From NCBI GenBank assembly GCA_026387235.1, contig JAPLMD010000054.1:11437-75436 (forward strand): a DNA stretch of 64,000 bases, read 5' to 3'. A program made the position numbers and the translations under genes. This DNA comes from Candidatus Omnitrophota bacterium (GTDB lineage Bacteria; Omnitrophota; Gorgyraeia; Gorgyraeales; Gorgyraeaceae). Under the pieces are notes generated by a model. The model ran no database searches and was not told the origin of the DNA. It saw only the letters and a program-made list of their open reading frames with translations. This document shows, piece by piece, positions 9,021 to 20,482 of this stretch. The stretch's first letter is position 1, and the number at the start of each line of letters is the position of its first letter.

Positions 9021-9670
9021 TTTTGTATAAAGTTTACCATATCATCCGCTAATGGCAAATCAAAATTCATTTTGATACCGGTGACAGGATGTATAAATTC
9101 AAGCGCTTTAGCGTGAAGCGCTGTCCTCTTAAACTTCAGCTTGAAGTCTTTCCTGAATGCGTACACGCTTTCTCCCACAAGAGGATGCCCAAGTTCTTTA
9201 AAATGTATCCTGATCTGATTAGTTCTGCCTGTAGCAGGTTCTACTTTGACTATCGTAAAATCCCCCCTTCTTTCAAGGACTTCGAATTTCGTAATCATAA
9301 GCTCGGTTTTTCTTTTCTTTTGATTATATATGTTGCCTCTCAGGGTATCGGAATTTTTTTGCACAATGCCATGGACAAACGCAATGTACGTCTTTTTTAC
9401 AAGACGCCTTTTGAACTGATCCATCATGTTTCCCTGAATAGACTTCCCCTTGGCGTAGAGAATAAGGCCGGAGGTTTCTCTGTCAATCCTGTGGCATGGA
9501 TAGGCATTCACTTCCACGCCGCGGCTATCCAGTTCCTTATTTAAAAGATCTGTCAGGGTATTTGTTTCTCCTTTTGGGGTAGGCACAACCAGCATCCCGG
9601 AAGGCTTGTTTATCACAAAGATATACTCATCCTCATAAACTATGCCATATCTCTTTTTATCTGGATTCAT
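9017..9670 (-). CDS. RluA-family pseudouridine synthase
   Basis: Catalytic motif HRIDRETSGLILYAKGK with the conserved Asp; length ~217 aa. Confidence 0.8.
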   Translation of the reverse strand: MNPDKKRYGIVYEDEYIFVINKPSGMLVVPTPKGETNTLTDLLNKELDSRGVEVNAYPCHRIDRETSGLILYAKGKSIQGNMMDQFKRRLVKKTYIAFVHGIVQKNSDTLRGNIYNQKKRKTELMITKFEVLERRGDFTIVKVEPATGRTNQIRIHFKELGHPLVGESVYAFRKDFKLKFKRTALHAKALEFIHPVTGIKMNFDLPLADDMVNFIQK

Positions 9671-9676
9671 CTGGCA

Positions 9677-10060
9677 TTACTGCGCTTTTTTATTTAGATA
9701 CTCTTTTAATTTTTGCCAGGTTTTAGGCCCGACTTTGCCGTCTGCCTTTAAACCGATTTTAGACTGAAAAGCCTCTATGGCCTTTCTGGTTTTGGGCCCG
9801 GAAATACCGTCTATATTACCTTCGTAAAAATTGGAGTTCTTTAAAGCCTGCTGTATATCCTGGACGCTCGGTTTTTCAACCTCTGCCATTTGAGTAACCG
9901 CGGGTTCTACGGAAACGCTCTGACTGATATTTTCCATAGCTGCGACAGAGGTCTCCTCAGTAACAGCCGGCTCCATGGATAAACTTTCATCCGAGTTTTT
10001 CTTAAGACAGCCTGTTAAAGCTGTCATTAATATAAAAACAATAACAAAACGCATTACCAT
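9677..10060 (-). CDS. Lipoprotein with a peptidoglycan-binding (PG_binding_1) domain
   Basis: Signal peptide with lipobox LTGC. C-terminal GISGPKTRKAIEAFQSKIGLKADGKVGPKTW matches the PG-binding domain pattern. Confidence 0.6.
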   Translation of the reverse strand: MVMRFVIVFILMTALTGCLKKNSDESLSMEPAVTEETSVAAMENISQSVSVEPAVTQMAEVEKPSVQDIQQALKNSNFYEGNIDGISGPKTRKAIEAFQSKIGLKADGKVGPKTWQKLKEYLNKKAQ

Positions 10061-10089
10061 GCTAACCTCCCTTTCGTTTACAAGTATAT

Positions 10090-10470
10090 TTATTTTAGAT
10101 AAGTTGACAGTTTCTCGACTATTTTATCACAGTAATATTTTAAAAATCTGGCTTCATCTTTAGCGGGCATGTTTATAATCTTAACACCATTTATATATCT
10201 TTTGTCTCTATTAGATTTAATATCCCCTATCCATCTTACCTCGGCAACCATAGATACAGGCGGACAGTCATCTTTAAGATCTACTTCAAGCTGCACAAAA
10301 ATCCCGGGTTTCAATAATTCAATAGACTCAAAACACACGCCTTCCGCAGATATGTTCTGCGTCTTCGTAAACTGGAATATCTGCTCATAATCAAGCACCT
10401 TATATTTGGCTTCCAGAATTAATTCAATTCTGGGATATCTTCTTCTTTCCTTGACGAAATCATTAATCAT
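10090..10470 (-). CDS. PilZ-domain protein (c-di-GMP receptor-like)
   Basis: RRRYPRIEL (RxxxR) and NISAEGVCF (D/NxSxxG) PilZ signature motifs. Confidence 0.65.
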   Translation of the reverse strand: MINDFVKERRRYPRIELILEAKYKVLDYEQIFQFTKTQNISAEGVCFESIELLKPGIFVQLEVDLKDDCPPVSMVAEVRWIGDIKSNRDKRYINGVKIINMPAKDEARFLKYYCDKIVEKLSTYLK

Positions 10471-11300
10471 AACACCCCCATTATCAGTTTTTTTGCCTCA
10501 TTCGGTGTTGCGGATAAGAATCTGAATCTGTGTTCAAATATTTTCAATTCTTTTAAACATTTATCAATATAACAAACCGCATCCGCGTTGCCCCTGTCAA
10601 AAGAGAGCATGGAAACAAAACTTACAAGGGCTTCTTTAAATCTTTTTTTATAAAAAAGTATCTGCCCTATCTTGAAATATGTAGCTCTATTTAAAAAAGG
10701 CCGGTTACAAGCCATATCTGCCACCTTGTTAAAAAATTCATACGCCTTATCAAAATTGCCGTCTCCAAAATATATATCAGCTATCTTAAAGTAGCTAAGG
10801 GCTATCTCATATTGGTCTATATATTTCTTTTCCTCGCAGTTAAGGCCTTCTATGAATTCTATGAATTCCCTCACGCCCTGTTCGGTTTTTAATCTTTCGC
10901 CGCTTATCTTAATATCAAACGTGTTATTGACATATTCTTCTATGACAGAATCTACCCTTTCGACTATATCCTGAAGATAATATCTTGGATTTAGCTTTAA
11001 AGTGCTTCTGTAGTTTTCAATGGCCTGTATGTAAAACTCCGACGCCTTTTCAAAATTTTTCCAATATTTCTCGCGCCGCGCCTTATTATGATAATCAACA
11101 GCTATCTCCAGAATAGGTTTGATTCTCGCGCGCTCGCTGTTCCATTCTTCTAGATTTTTTATCTTTTCTTCTATATTGTTCACATTGTTATCGGTCATAC
11201 TTGAATAATATAGCATAAAAATGTAAACATGTGAAGAAAGAAATTTTTGTCCAAGTAACTGTAGGTTGATTTTATTAATCCATTGTGCTATATTTATCAT
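10467..11300 (-). CDS. TPR-like helical repeat protein (hypothetical)
   Basis: Repeated ~34-aa helical units with Y/F/A/L periodicity. The true start may be internal (MTDNNVNN). Confidence 0.35.
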   Translation of the reverse strand: MINIAQWINKINLQLLGQKFLSSHVYIFMLYYSSMTDNNVNNIEEKIKNLEEWNSERARIKPILEIAVDYHNKARREKYWKNFEKASEFYIQAIENYRSTLKLNPRYYLQDIVERVDSVIEEYVNNTFDIKISGERLKTEQGVREFIEFIEGLNCEEKKYIDQYEIALSYFKIADIYFGDGNFDKAYEFFNKVADMACNRPFLNRATYFKIGQILFYKKRFKEALVSFVSMLSFDRGNADAVCYIDKCLKELKIFEHRFRFLSATPNEAKKLIMGVL

Positions 11301-12017
11301 ATGTTAGGAGCGCTGATAAATCTACTTTATCCTGTCCTGTGCAGAGTCTGTTCTGAAAAAATAAATGAATTCGACCGTAATATATGCGCTGATTGCGCCA
11401 AAAAGATAAAAGAGCGGCTCCCTCCTTTCTGCATAAAATGCGGAAGGCAGCTCAAAGGAGATCCTGAATTAATGGCTGTATGCCCGGACTGTAAAAAACA
11501 TGCTCCGTATTTTGACAGGGCATGGTCAGCTTGCCATTACGATAATCCGTTAAAAGGCCTTATCCATGATTTCAAATATAAGAAAATATCCTCTCTTTCA
11601 ACAGATTTTACGGCTCTAATTATTGATTTCATGAAAAAATATAACGTCGGCAAAGATTGTCAGATGATTTTATCCATACCAATGCATTCTCGTAGATTAT
11701 TCAAAAGAGAAATTAACCATTCCGACATACTGGCGCAGGGATTAGGAAAAAAGCTGGGTATTTCGTACTCCTCAAACACGCTAAAGAAAACAAAAGATAC
11801 ATTATTTCAAAGTAAACTCAAAAGAGAAGCCAGAATAAAAAATCTCCATTTAAGCTTCTCTCTAAAAGACAGCTCAATTGTCCGCAATAAAAATATACTA
11901 CTTATAGATGACCTTTTCACTACAGGATCCACTGTCAATGAATGCTCAAGGCTTCTTAAAAATTCAGGCGCGCGATACGTGGAAGTAATAACGCTGGCGC
12001 GAGGAGACAGCATATGA
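11283..12017 (+). CDS. comF: ComF-family protein (phosphoribosyltransferase-domain competence protein)
   Basis: N-terminal paired CxxC zinc finger. C-terminal PRTase motif ILLIDDLFTTGSTVNECSRLL. Confidence 0.7.
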   Translation: MCYIYHMLGALINLLYPVLCRVCSEKINEFDRNICADCAKKIKERLPPFCIKCGRQLKGDPELMAVCPDCKKHAPYFDRAWSACHYDNPLKGLIHDFKYKKISSLSTDFTALIIDFMKKYNVGKDCQMILSIPMHSRRLFKREINHSDILAQGLGKKLGISYSSNTLKKTKDTLFQSKLKREARIKNLHLSFSLKDSSIVRNKNILLIDDLFTTGSTVNECSRLLKNSGARYVEVITLARGDSI

Positions 12018-13111
12018 AGATACTGCGCAAGTATATAATAAAAGAAATTATTGTCATGTTTTTATTTTCTCTTGCCATATTCACCTTTACTCTGGTAGTA
12101 GGAAATATCATAAAGCTCGCGGAGTTAGTAATAAACAAAGGCGTGGATATAAGGCTCATAGGCAGGCTATTTCTTTATCTCATCCCATTTTTATTAAGCT
12201 ACACCATACCCATGTCCATATTGACTTCCGTGCTGCTGGTGTTCGGCAGGCTTTCCGGAGACAATGAAATCGTGGCTATCCGCTCAAGCGGTATAAATAT
12301 CTACAGACTGAGTTTTCCACTGCTTGTGATAGGCCTATTGCTCAGCATTCTCTCTATAGTATTAAATAACGACGTAATACCGAACATGCACTTTGAATCC
12401 AGGAAGATCATAAAAAATATAGGGATAAAAACTCCGGCTGCGTATCTCGAACCGGGCATATTTATAAAAAGTTTCAAAGGTTATATAATATTCATACATG
12501 AAATAGGCGGAAATAAGCTAAAAGGCGTACGCATATATCAGCCGCAGGATGAACATTCCACCAGGACCATAATAGCCGAAAAGGGGGAATTCATAACGCT
12601 TGATAATCAGAATGCGGTAAAATTAAAGCTTATAAACGGCACAAGCGATGAGCCAAATCCTAAAAATCCTATAAATTTCTATAAATTGAATTTCAAAACA
12701 TATTATTTGACCCTAAACATAGACGAATCAATAGCGTCCAGCGGTTACATGGAGAAAAAACCCAAGGAAATGAATTTTCAGGAAATAAAAAATGAAATCA
12801 AAAAACTTGGTACATATCACGTTGATACGCCAAACCTCATTACAGAATTTCACAGAAAGATTTCCATATCTTTTGCGAGCCTAATTTTTATAATCATAGG
12901 TATACCTCTGGGCATATTTACCAGTCGCGGAGAAAAAACCATACAGTTCGCCATAGCGCTGGGGGTAATTGTGGTATATTATCTATTAATGGCCCTGAGC
13001 ATAGCTCTATCTTTAAAAGGCATTTGGAGCCCTGGATTCTGGATGTATATGCCGAATATAATAATTGGCGCGGCTGGAATAATATTATTAAGAAAAACCA
13101 TAGAAACCTGA
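12014..13111 (+). CDS. lptF: LptF/LptG-family LPS export permease
   Basis: YjgP/YjgQ architecture: three N-terminal TM helices, a periplasmic beta-jellyroll region, three C-terminal TM helices. First of a tandem pair. Confidence 0.65.
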   Translation: MKILRKYIIKEIIVMFLFSLAIFTFTLVVGNIIKLAELVINKGVDIRLIGRLFLYLIPFLLSYTIPMSILTSVLLVFGRLSGDNEIVAIRSSGINIYRLSFPLLVIGLLLSILSIVLNNDVIPNMHFESRKIIKNIGIKTPAAYLEPGIFIKSFKGYIIFIHEIGGNKLKGVRIYQPQDEHSTRTIIAEKGEFITLDNQNAVKLKLINGTSDEPNPKNPINFYKLNFKTYYLTLNIDESIASSGYMEKKPKEMNFQEIKNEIKKLGTYHVDTPNLITEFHRKISISFASLIFIIIGIPLGIFTSRGEKTIQFAIALGVIVVYYLLMALSIALSLKGIWSPGFWMYMPNIIIGAAGIILLRKTIET

Positions 13112-13112
13112 C

Positions 13113-14207
13113 ATGCGAATATTAGACAAATACATAGCTAAATATTTTATACTGCCTCTTCTATACTGTCTTCTGGCGTTTATCGTCCTATACGTAATTA
13201 TAGACCTTTTCGGGCGCCTAGATGAAATTCTGAAACAAAATATCCGGCTGGGAATACTGTGGGAATACTATATATCAATGATACCTATCATCATCATACA
13301 AACAACTCCTGTGGCAAGCCTAATCTCCACTATATATGTCTTAGGCACACTGAATAAATATGGAGAAATAACAGCTATGCGAGCAGCCGGAATAAGCATA
13401 TACAGAATACTGATGCCCTTTATATACATCGGGTTTACCATAACAATACTGATATTCGGCGTATCCGAGAAAATCCTTCCGCAAAGCATGAGAAAGGCAG
13501 AATCAATAAAAGAAAACTCCATAGAAAATATTGATAAAAATAAACCTGTTAATAAAAAAATAATTTCCAATATTGCGCTATACAGCAAAAATAACCGTCT
13601 CATATTTATAGACAATTTCGACGCCTCTTCTAAAACAGCAATGGGCATTACCATACTGGAACAGGACAAAAAAGATAACGTGTCATTAAAGATAAACGCT
13701 CATGAAGCAAAATGGCTTGGCGGGAAATGGCTTTTTTCAAACATACTGATGTATAAATTGGACGATAAAGGAGCGGTAATAGGTTCTCCTGAATTTTTTC
13801 AGGAAAAAACAATTACCATGGAAAGCCCTAAAGACCTCATAGCTAAAGGTACAAATTATGAATACATGAGTTTTCACGATTTATCAAATTATATAAAGAA
13901 TTTTTCTGAAGCCTCTCCGAAATTAATCGCAAGACTCCGCGTAGACCTGCATCAGAAAATAAGTCTTCCTTTTATAAGCCTCGTGGTAATATTAATAGGG
14001 GCTGGTTTTGCATTAAGGACAAGACAAAGAGGCAAGGCCACCGCCCTGTTGGGCATAGGCATGAGCATAGTAATAGGCTTTATCTATTACGCCTTTATGG
14101 CGAGCTGCATAGCCCTCGGTAAAAGCGAAGCGCTTCCGCCTTTCCTCTCAGCCCACCTGGCAAACATATTATTTGGATTAATTGGAATAATATTGATAAG
14201 AAATTAA
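13113..14207 (+). CDS. lptG: LptF/LptG-family LPS export permease
   Basis: Second paralogous YjgP/YjgQ permease, 2 nt downstream of the first. Confidence 0.65.
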   Translation: MRILDKYIAKYFILPLLYCLLAFIVLYVIIDLFGRLDEILKQNIRLGILWEYYISMIPIIIIQTTPVASLISTIYVLGTLNKYGEITAMRAAGISIYRILMPFIYIGFTITILIFGVSEKILPQSMRKAESIKENSIENIDKNKPVNKKIISNIALYSKNNRLIFIDNFDASSKTAMGITILEQDKKDNVSLKINAHEAKWLGGKWLFSNILMYKLDDKGAVIGSPEFFQEKTITMESPKDLIAKGTNYEYMSFHDLSNYIKNFSEASPKLIARLRVDLHQKISLPFISLVVILIGAGFALRTRQRGKATALLGIGMSIVIGFIYYAFMASCIALGKSEALPPFLSAHLANILFGLIGIILIRN

Positions 14208-14211
14208 TTAT

Positions 14212-15477
14212 CTAGGTGCCGAGTTCCCAGCTGGAAAGATATTTTTTCTGAAACGGAGTGAGGACATCTATCCGGACGCCCATGCTTTTAAGCTTAAGCC
14301 TGGCTATTTCTTTATCTATTTCTTCGGGCATTCTGTAAACCTTTTTATTTAGCCTTTTATGATTCTTTACGAGATATTCCGCGGCAAGCGCCTGATTCGC
14401 AAAACTCATGTCCATGACTATAGCAGGATGGCCTTCAGCGCAAGCAAGATTTACGAGCCTGCCCTCGCCTAAAAGATTAATACGCCTCCCATCTTTTAGA
14501 AGATATTCTTCAACGCCGCTACGGATAACACGTTTCTTAGAGCTCATCTTTTCAAGAGCAATTATATCTATCTCAACATTGAAATGGCCTGAGTTGGCGA
14601 CTATTGCTCCGCCCTTCATCGCTTTAAAATGTTTTCCAGCTATAACCGTAGTATTGCCTGTCAGGGTTACAAATAAATCTCCTTTTTTAGCGGCTTCACT
14701 CATCGGCATTACTGAATAGCCGTCCATTACTGCTTCCAGGGCCTTTGTAGAATCTATTTCTGTAACTATAACATTGGCTCCCATGCCTCTTGCGCGCATG
14801 GCAAATCCCCTGCCGCACCATCCATAACCAAGCACAACTACAATTTTACCTGCCAAGAGAATATTTGTAGCCCTGATAATCCCATCCACTGTTGACTGAC
14901 CCGTGCCGTAGCGATTGTCAAAAAGATGTTTAGTATCTGCATCGTTCACAGCAATTACAGGAAAAAGAAGTTTTTTATTCTGCTCCAGACTCCTCAACCT
15001 TATTATCCCTGTAGTAGTTTCTTCTGTGCTGCCAAGTATATCCGGCACAAGGTCTAGCCTGGATTTATGAATAGTAGAAACAAGATCCGCGCCGTCATCC
15101 ATTGTCACGTTCGGCTTCAATTCCAGAGAACTCTCTATATGAGAATAATAAACTTTATTATCCTCTCCTCTTCTTGCGAAAACAGGTATGTTAAAATCTT
15201 TTACCAGAGACGCAGCCACATCATCCTGAGTACTGAGAGGATTAGAAGCACAGAGATTTACATCAGCTCCTCCTGTTTTTAAGGTATCCATTAAAACCGC
15301 TGTCTCTGTAGTCACGTGAAGGCAGCAGCTGACCTTTATGCCTTTCAACGGCTTTTCTTTGGAGAATCTTGTTCTTATAAGGTTCAATACAGGCATGTTT
15401 TCATTTGCCCATTCTATCCTTAATTTTCCGGTGGAAGCTAATTTTATACTACTTATGTCGTATTTCATGTTAAACAC
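14212..15477 (-). CDS. ahcY: Adenosylhomocysteinase
   Basis: NAD-binding motif [33 protein letters not shown] and overall AhcY pattern. Convergent with lptG, with only 4 bp between the stops. Confidence 0.85.
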   Translation of the reverse strand: MFNMKYDISSIKLASTGKLRIEWANENMPVLNLIRTRFSKEKPLKGIKVSCCLHVTTETAVLMDTLKTGGADVNLCASNPLSTQDDVAASLVKDFNIPVFARRGEDNKVYYSHIESSLELKPNVTMDDGADLVSTIHKSRLDLVPDILGSTEETTTGIIRLRSLEQNKKLLFPVIAVNDADTKHLFDNRYGTGQSTVDGIIRATNILLAGKIVVVLGYGWCGRGFAMRARGMGANVIVTEIDSTKALEAVMDGYSVMPMSEAAKKGDLFVTLTGNTTVIAGKHFKAMKGGAIVANSGHFNVEIDIIALEKMSSKKRVIRSGVEEYLLKDGRRINLLGEGRLVNLACAEGHPAIVMDMSFANQALAAEYLVKNHKRLNKKVYRMPEEIDKEIARLKLKSMGVRIDVLTPFQKKYLSSWELGT

Positions 15478-16633
15478 ATCCTTTTCTCAAAAGATCTACC
15501 TTGTCTGTCTCTTCCCATGTAAAGCCTTCTTCCTCGCGGCCAAAATGCCCGTAAGCAGCTGTCTTCCTATATATAGGCTTAAGAAGATCCAGCTCTGTTA
15601 TTATGCCTCTCGGCGTCAAATCAAAATGTTCCTGCACCAGCTTTGACATATTTCCTTCTGAAATTTTGCTCGTTCCGAAAGTTTCGACCATTACCGCTAA
15701 CGGCTCTGCCTTTCCTATAACATAGGCAAGCTGAATGCAGCATTTCTTGGCAAGGCCTGCGGCTACTATATTTTTCGCAACATATCTCGCCATGTACGCG
15801 GCTGAACGGTCAACCTTTGTAGGATCCTTGCCTGAAAAAGCCCCACCGCCATGAGATATGATGCCGCCGTACGTATCCACTACTATTTTTCTCCCTGTCA
15901 TGCCCGTGTCAGACTGCGGCCCGCCTATTAAAAACTTGCCTGTCTGATTTACATAATATTTTGTATCGTCGTCAACAAGCTTGCCCAATACAGGCTTTGC
16001 TATCTTTTCTATAATCTCTTTTCTTGCTTTCTCGGTTATATGCTCTCCGCTTTTATCCAGTATTTCTTCTGTGTGCTGACACGCAAGAACAACTGAATTT
16101 ATCTTGACTGCCTTGCCGTCTTTGTACTCAACCGTTACCTGGCTTTTAGAGTCAGGCCCGAGATATTTCAGCGTTTTATTTTTCCTCAACTCTGCCATTT
16201 TCCTGACAAGCTTATGCGCCAGCATAATCGGTAAAGGCATCAGTTCTGGCGTCTCATCGCACGCATATCCCACCATAAAACCCTGGTCGCCTGCGCCGCC
16301 TTTATCAACACCCTGCGCAATGTCAGGAGATTGAGAATGTATCGTGTTTACAACAGCGCATGTCTTATAATCCATGCCATATTTAGGGTCTGTGTAGCCT
16401 ATTTCCTTAACCACTCTCCTTGCGGTATTAATTATGTCTACATAAGCAGTGGTGGTAATTTCCCCTCCCACTATAATAAGGCCCATCGTCACAAACGTTT
16501 CGCATGCAACCCGGCCTCTTGAATCCTGGCGTAAAACCTCATCCAATATCGAATCTGAAATCTGATCGCAAAGTTTATCAGGATGACCCTCTCCGACTGA
16601 TTCTGAAGTAATGTAATATTTTCCTTTAGGCAT
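15470..16633 (-). CDS. metK: S-adenosylmethionine synthetase
   Basis: [14 protein letters not shown] ... [19 protein letters not shown] hallmark motifs. Confidence 0.9.
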   Translation of the reverse strand: MPKGKYYITSESVGEGHPDKLCDQISDSILDEVLRQDSRGRVACETFVTMGLIIVGGEITTTAYVDIINTARRVVKEIGYTDPKYGMDYKTCAVVNTIHSQSPDIAQGVDKGGAGDQGFMVGYACDETPELMPLPIMLAHKLVRKMAELRKNKTLKYLGPDSKSQVTVEYKDGKAVKINSVVLACQHTEEILDKSGEHITEKARKEIIEKIAKPVLGKLVDDDTKYYVNQTGKFLIGGPQSDTGMTGRKIVVDTYGGIISHGGGAFSGKDPTKVDRSAAYMARYVAKNIVAAGLAKKCCIQLAYVIGKAEPLAVMVETFGTSKISEGNMSKLVQEHFDLTPRGIITELDLLKPIYRKTAAYGHFGREEEGFTWEETDKVDLLRKGCV

Positions 16634-16636
16634 TTT

Positions 16637-17380
16637 TTAATCCTTTCTGAATTCTTTATCAGCCTCTTCTAACGATTTTTTATCCCCTATGTCAAACCAC
16701 TTTTTATCTTTAAACGCGTAACCAAATACCGATTCTCTTTTGTAGAGCCATTCCAGAAAATAACCCGGCGCGTCTTTAGCGTTATCCATTTCCAGATATC
16801 TCTTCATTATGTCCAATCTTTCCTTTGGAAAGAAATAAAGGCACATAGCTGCAAGAGTAGACGGAGGATTGGCAGGTTTTTCCCTAAAATCAACGATCTT
16901 ATTATTTTTATCAATAGATACTATACCGTATTTTTTCGCGAGAAGCAAATCTTTTATATCATAAATGCCTATTGTAATAGAGGGCCTTTTCGAAACGCAA
17001 AAATCTGTAAATACAGAAAGATCTGCCTTGAAAAGGTTATCTCCGGCCAGGACCAGCAAATCATCCTTTACATTTCTTTTCTCTATGACAAATTCTATGT
17101 CTCCTGTAGCTCCGAGCCTCGTTTCATTGGAAGTTGTGCCATCGTCTACAATAGTTATTTTCTTTAAACTCTTGAAACCCCGTTTCCAGTCCTCAAAGAT
17201 CTGATAAAATTTTTCATTTGTTACAATAAAAACCTCGTCCGCCTGTTTCAAAGGTTCGATAAGATCAAATATGTATTCCAGAACAGTCTTGCCTGCTACC
17301 GCGAGAAGCGGTTTCGGAGTATCTAAGGTCAATGGATACAGCCTGGTAGCGTATCCTGCGGCTAATAATAAAACCTTCAT
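16637..17380 (-). CDS. Sugar-phosphate nucleotidyltransferase (NTP_transferase domain)
   Basis: N-terminal LLAAGYATRLYPLTLDTPKPLL signature, shared by G1P-thymidylyl and M1P-guanylyl transferases. Confidence 0.7.
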   Translation of the reverse strand: MKVLLLAAGYATRLYPLTLDTPKPLLAVAGKTVLEYIFDLIEPLKQADEVFIVTNEKFYQIFEDWKRGFKSLKKITIVDDGTTSNETRLGATGDIEFVIEKRNVKDDLLVLAGDNLFKADLSVFTDFCVSKRPSITIGIYDIKDLLLAKKYGIVSIDKNNKIVDFREKPANPPSTLAAMCLYFFPKERLDIMKRYLEMDNAKDAPGYFLEWLYKRESVFGYAFKDKKWFDIGDKKSLEEADKEFRKD

Positions 17381-18444
17381 ATTTTTCCTAGTTCTTTTTT
17401 CAGGTAATCTATTGTTTCTACCGGAGTCGGGTCAATATTATTGAGAATGGCCAGATAAAAACTCACAAAATCTCCTATATACATAAGAGAATATATCCTT
17501 GCGAGCCTTTCGCCCTTTTCTCTTTCTAATACAATAACCTCCGCTCCTGATTTTTCTATAATCTCTTTGGAAATTCTTATGCGTTCTTTTGTCCTACTGC
17601 GATCATCTTTATCGCAGAGCATTATGACCTTAAAATCCTTAAGAAGCTTTTCCGGAAATTTCCAGCCCACTATCTCATTATGATTCATTTCGGGCAGCGT
17701 ATTGCTGGATGAAAGCGCCTTTCCGTTCTCCGCGATCTGCTCTCTCCATCTATAGCTTATAGCTTCCGTAGTATCAGCCGTGCCGTATATTACGGAATAT
17801 CTTTTGTAAAGTTTAACAGCTATCTGCTTGGAGATATTTTTTTGCGCCGGAACGTCAAAACCCGCCTCTTTATCCCTGATATCGGAAAGAACGGAATACA
17901 GTTCTTTCACATCATTTTCTTTACCTTTTACTAGCCCGAGTTTCACTAAAACACCAAGCATTGTTATGGACATATAACCGATAGCTGCCCTGGGAGGGTA
18001 TCCCGGAGGAATCAGTATATGAGTGACATTATTTTTAAAAGACAGTTCCTTTAATTTTCCTCCTGCGCCCATTGTTATTATAAAAGCTTTTCTCTCTAGG
18101 CCCTGCTCAAAACAGGAAAGCGTTTCTTCCGTAGCCCCGGAATAACTTGAACATAATAAAAGCGTATTCTCATTTACAAAATCAGGCAAGGTATAATTGC
18201 GGCATATCGATACAGGTATTTTAAGTTCACTCCCTGAATAAACTTTAACAAGATCAGCCCCTATGCCGGATCCTCCTACGCCTGCGAATACTATATTGTT
18301 TATTTTTACTGCTGGTTTATTTATATTGCCGGAGATCCCGATGCGATAGGCATCAGCGCATTGTTCCGGCAGGCCTGAAATAAACTTCAGCATATTTGAA
18401 CGGTCCAGCTTTTTTATGAGTTTCAGATTGTCCAGTTTATTCAT
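17377..18444 (-). CDS. Bifunctional phosphoglucose/phosphomannose isomerase (tandem SIS domains)
   Basis: Two SIS-type nucleotide-binding segments (VFAGVGGSGIGADL ... LLLCSSYSGATEET), ~355 aa. Confidence 0.65.
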   Translation of the reverse strand: MNKLDNLKLIKKLDRSNMLKFISGLPEQCADAYRIGISGNINKPAVKINNIVFAGVGGSGIGADLVKVYSGSELKIPVSICRNYTLPDFVNENTLLLCSSYSGATEETLSCFEQGLERKAFIITMGAGGKLKELSFKNNVTHILIPPGYPPRAAIGYMSITMLGVLVKLGLVKGKENDVKELYSVLSDIRDKEAGFDVPAQKNISKQIAVKLYKRYSVIYGTADTTEAISYRWREQIAENGKALSSSNTLPEMNHNEIVGWKFPEKLLKDFKVIMLCDKDDRSRTKERIRISKEIIEKSGAEVIVLEREKGERLARIYSLMYIGDFVSFYLAILNNIDPTPVETIDYLKKELGKI

Positions 18445-18456
18445 GCCGAAAATTTT

Positions 18457-20208
18457 TTATTGTTTTTTGGTCTTCTTGAGCCATGGGATAAGCTCGTTCA
18501 GCCGTTTATTTGTGAAAGTCTCTATCTCTTCGCCTGTAGACAAGGTCAACGCCTCTTCCGCGACTTTTCTGGCATCCTCAAATTTCACATTACTTATGAC
18601 GTATTTCATCTCAGGAACTACTACAGGGCTCATGCTAAATTCATCCAGCCCAAGCCCAAGCAATATAAGGACGAATCCGGACTCCGCTGCCATCTCTCCG
18701 CACATTCCTACCCATATATTTTCTTTGTGCCCTGAATCTATTATATTTTTTATAAGCCTGAGCACTGCCGGATGCGTAGGTTTGTACAGATAAGCTATTT
18801 TTTCATTAGCCCTGTCTACTGCCAGGGAATATTGTATAAGGTCATTGGTTCCTATGCTGAAAAAGTCCACTTCCTTGGCCAAAAGGTCGCAGGTAAGCGC
18901 GGCTGACGGGATTTCTATCATTGCCCCTACTTCTATGTCCTGGTTAAAATTTATCTTTTTATTTCTCAATTCTTGTTTTGCTTCCTCTAAAACTTTTATA
19001 GCCTGCCTTAGTTCTCCGAGTCCGGATATCATAGGAAACATGATTTTTATATTTCCGAATGCGCTCGCGCGCAGTATCGCCCTTAATTGGACCTTAAACA
19101 CCTCCGGCTTCGCAAGGCAGAATCTTATAGCCCTCCACCCGAGAAACGGGTTCATCTCATGCGGAACTTTAAGCTGCGATAAAAATTTATCACCGCCGAG
19201 ATCAAGCGTGCGTATTATAACAGGGCTTTTAGAAAGTTTGGCGCCTACTTTTTTATACGCCTCAAATTGTTCTTCCTCGCCAGGAGCATCGTTTCTGTTC
19301 ATGTAAAGAAATTCTGTGCGGTACAGGCCTATACCTTCCGCGCCATGCGCGATAACAGAATCAACCTCATCAGGCAATTCAATGTTTGCCGATATCTCTA
19401 CCCTGTGGCCGTCAATAGTATTAGCAATTGTATCTTTAAAATCCAGAAGCGTTTTTTCGAACTCTGCGAACTTCTGCTGCTTTGCCTCATATTTTTTAAG
19501 AATTAATTTGTCCGGATTTATTATTACAATGCCGTCCGCTCCGTCCACTATCAGGGTATCCCCTGTCTTTATTTTAGCTGTTGCCTTTTCAAGGCCTACT
19601 ACAGCCGGAATCTCCAGGGATTTTGCCATAATCGCGGTATGAGAAGTCCTGCCGCCTATATCGGTAATGAATCCTATAACATTCTTCTTGTGCATATTAG
19701 CGGTATCGGAAGGTGAAATATCATACGCAACCACTATCACCGGTTCTTTTAAATCGCTAAGGGTTTTTTCCTGCGCGCCTATAAGATTTTTTAGAATCCT
19801 CTTGCCCACGTCTTCTATATCACTGGACCTTTCCTTCAGATATTCGTCATTCATCTTTGAAAAGACCTTTATATATTTACCGATAACTTTTGAAAATATA
19901 TATTCCACGCATTTGCGCTCTTTCTTGAGGCCCTGTATAACTTCCTCTATCAGCGTCCTGTCCTCCAAGACAAGCAAATGCGCGTTGAATATCTCCGCGT
20001 GCTGAGCTTCCATCTCGCGCGAAATTTTTTTCTGTATAGTAAGTATCTCCGAACGTGTCTTGATAAGAGCTTCTTCAAAGCGGACAATCTCAGAAGGGAC
20101 AGCATCCTGCTTAATATCCTTTTCAGTTACTATAAGCTGCCTTATATCAAACAAAAAGGCTTTGCCTACGGCTATCCCAGGCGAAGCCGGTATGCCTTTT
20201 AATAACAT
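18457..20208 (-). CDS. ptsI: Phosphoenolpyruvate-protein phosphotransferase (PTS Enzyme I)
   Basis: GGRTSHTAIMAKSLEIPAVVG active-site His region; C-terminal PEP-utilising TIM barrel; 583 aa. Confidence 0.9.
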   Translation of the reverse strand: MLLKGIPASPGIAVGKAFLFDIRQLIVTEKDIKQDAVPSEIVRFEEALIKTRSEILTIQKKISREMEAQHAEIFNAHLLVLEDRTLIEEVIQGLKKERKCVEYIFSKVIGKYIKVFSKMNDEYLKERSSDIEDVGKRILKNLIGAQEKTLSDLKEPVIVVAYDISPSDTANMHKKNVIGFITDIGGRTSHTAIMAKSLEIPAVVGLEKATAKIKTGDTLIVDGADGIVIINPDKLILKKYEAKQQKFAEFEKTLLDFKDTIANTIDGHRVEISANIELPDEVDSVIAHGAEGIGLYRTEFLYMNRNDAPGEEEQFEAYKKVGAKLSKSPVIIRTLDLGGDKFLSQLKVPHEMNPFLGWRAIRFCLAKPEVFKVQLRAILRASAFGNIKIMFPMISGLGELRQAIKVLEEAKQELRNKKINFNQDIEVGAMIEIPSAALTCDLLAKEVDFFSIGTNDLIQYSLAVDRANEKIAYLYKPTHPAVLRLIKNIIDSGHKENIWVGMCGEMAAESGFVLILLGLGLDEFSMSPVVVPEMKYVISNVKFEDARKVAEEALTLSTGEEIETFTNKRLNELIPWLKKTKKQ

Positions 20209-20471
20209 TATGGCGTTTCTCCTAATATTATTTTTTCAAGTTCCTCAATCGCTTCTTTTGCGTCAGGGCCATTTGCTTTTATATGAAGTTTGGCGCCTTT
20301 TTCTACCGCGAGAGTCAATAAACCCATTATGGACTTCCCGTTGACTTCTTGCCTGCCTTTTTTTACAACGATATCGCTTTCGTATTTATTGGCTATCTGC
20401 ACGAATATCGCCGCAGGCCTGGCATGAAGCCCTTGCTCATTTTGAATGATTAATTTTTTTTCTATCAGCAT
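20208..20471 (-). CDS. ptsH: Phosphocarrier protein HPr/NPr
   Basis: 87 aa; GLHARPAA active-site His15 motif. Confidence 0.85.
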   Translation of the reverse strand: MLIEKKLIIQNEQGLHARPAAIFVQIANKYESDIVVKKGRQEVNGKSIMGLLTLAVEKGAKLHIKANGPDAKEAIEELEKIILGETP

Positions 20472-20482
20472 GACAAATTCAC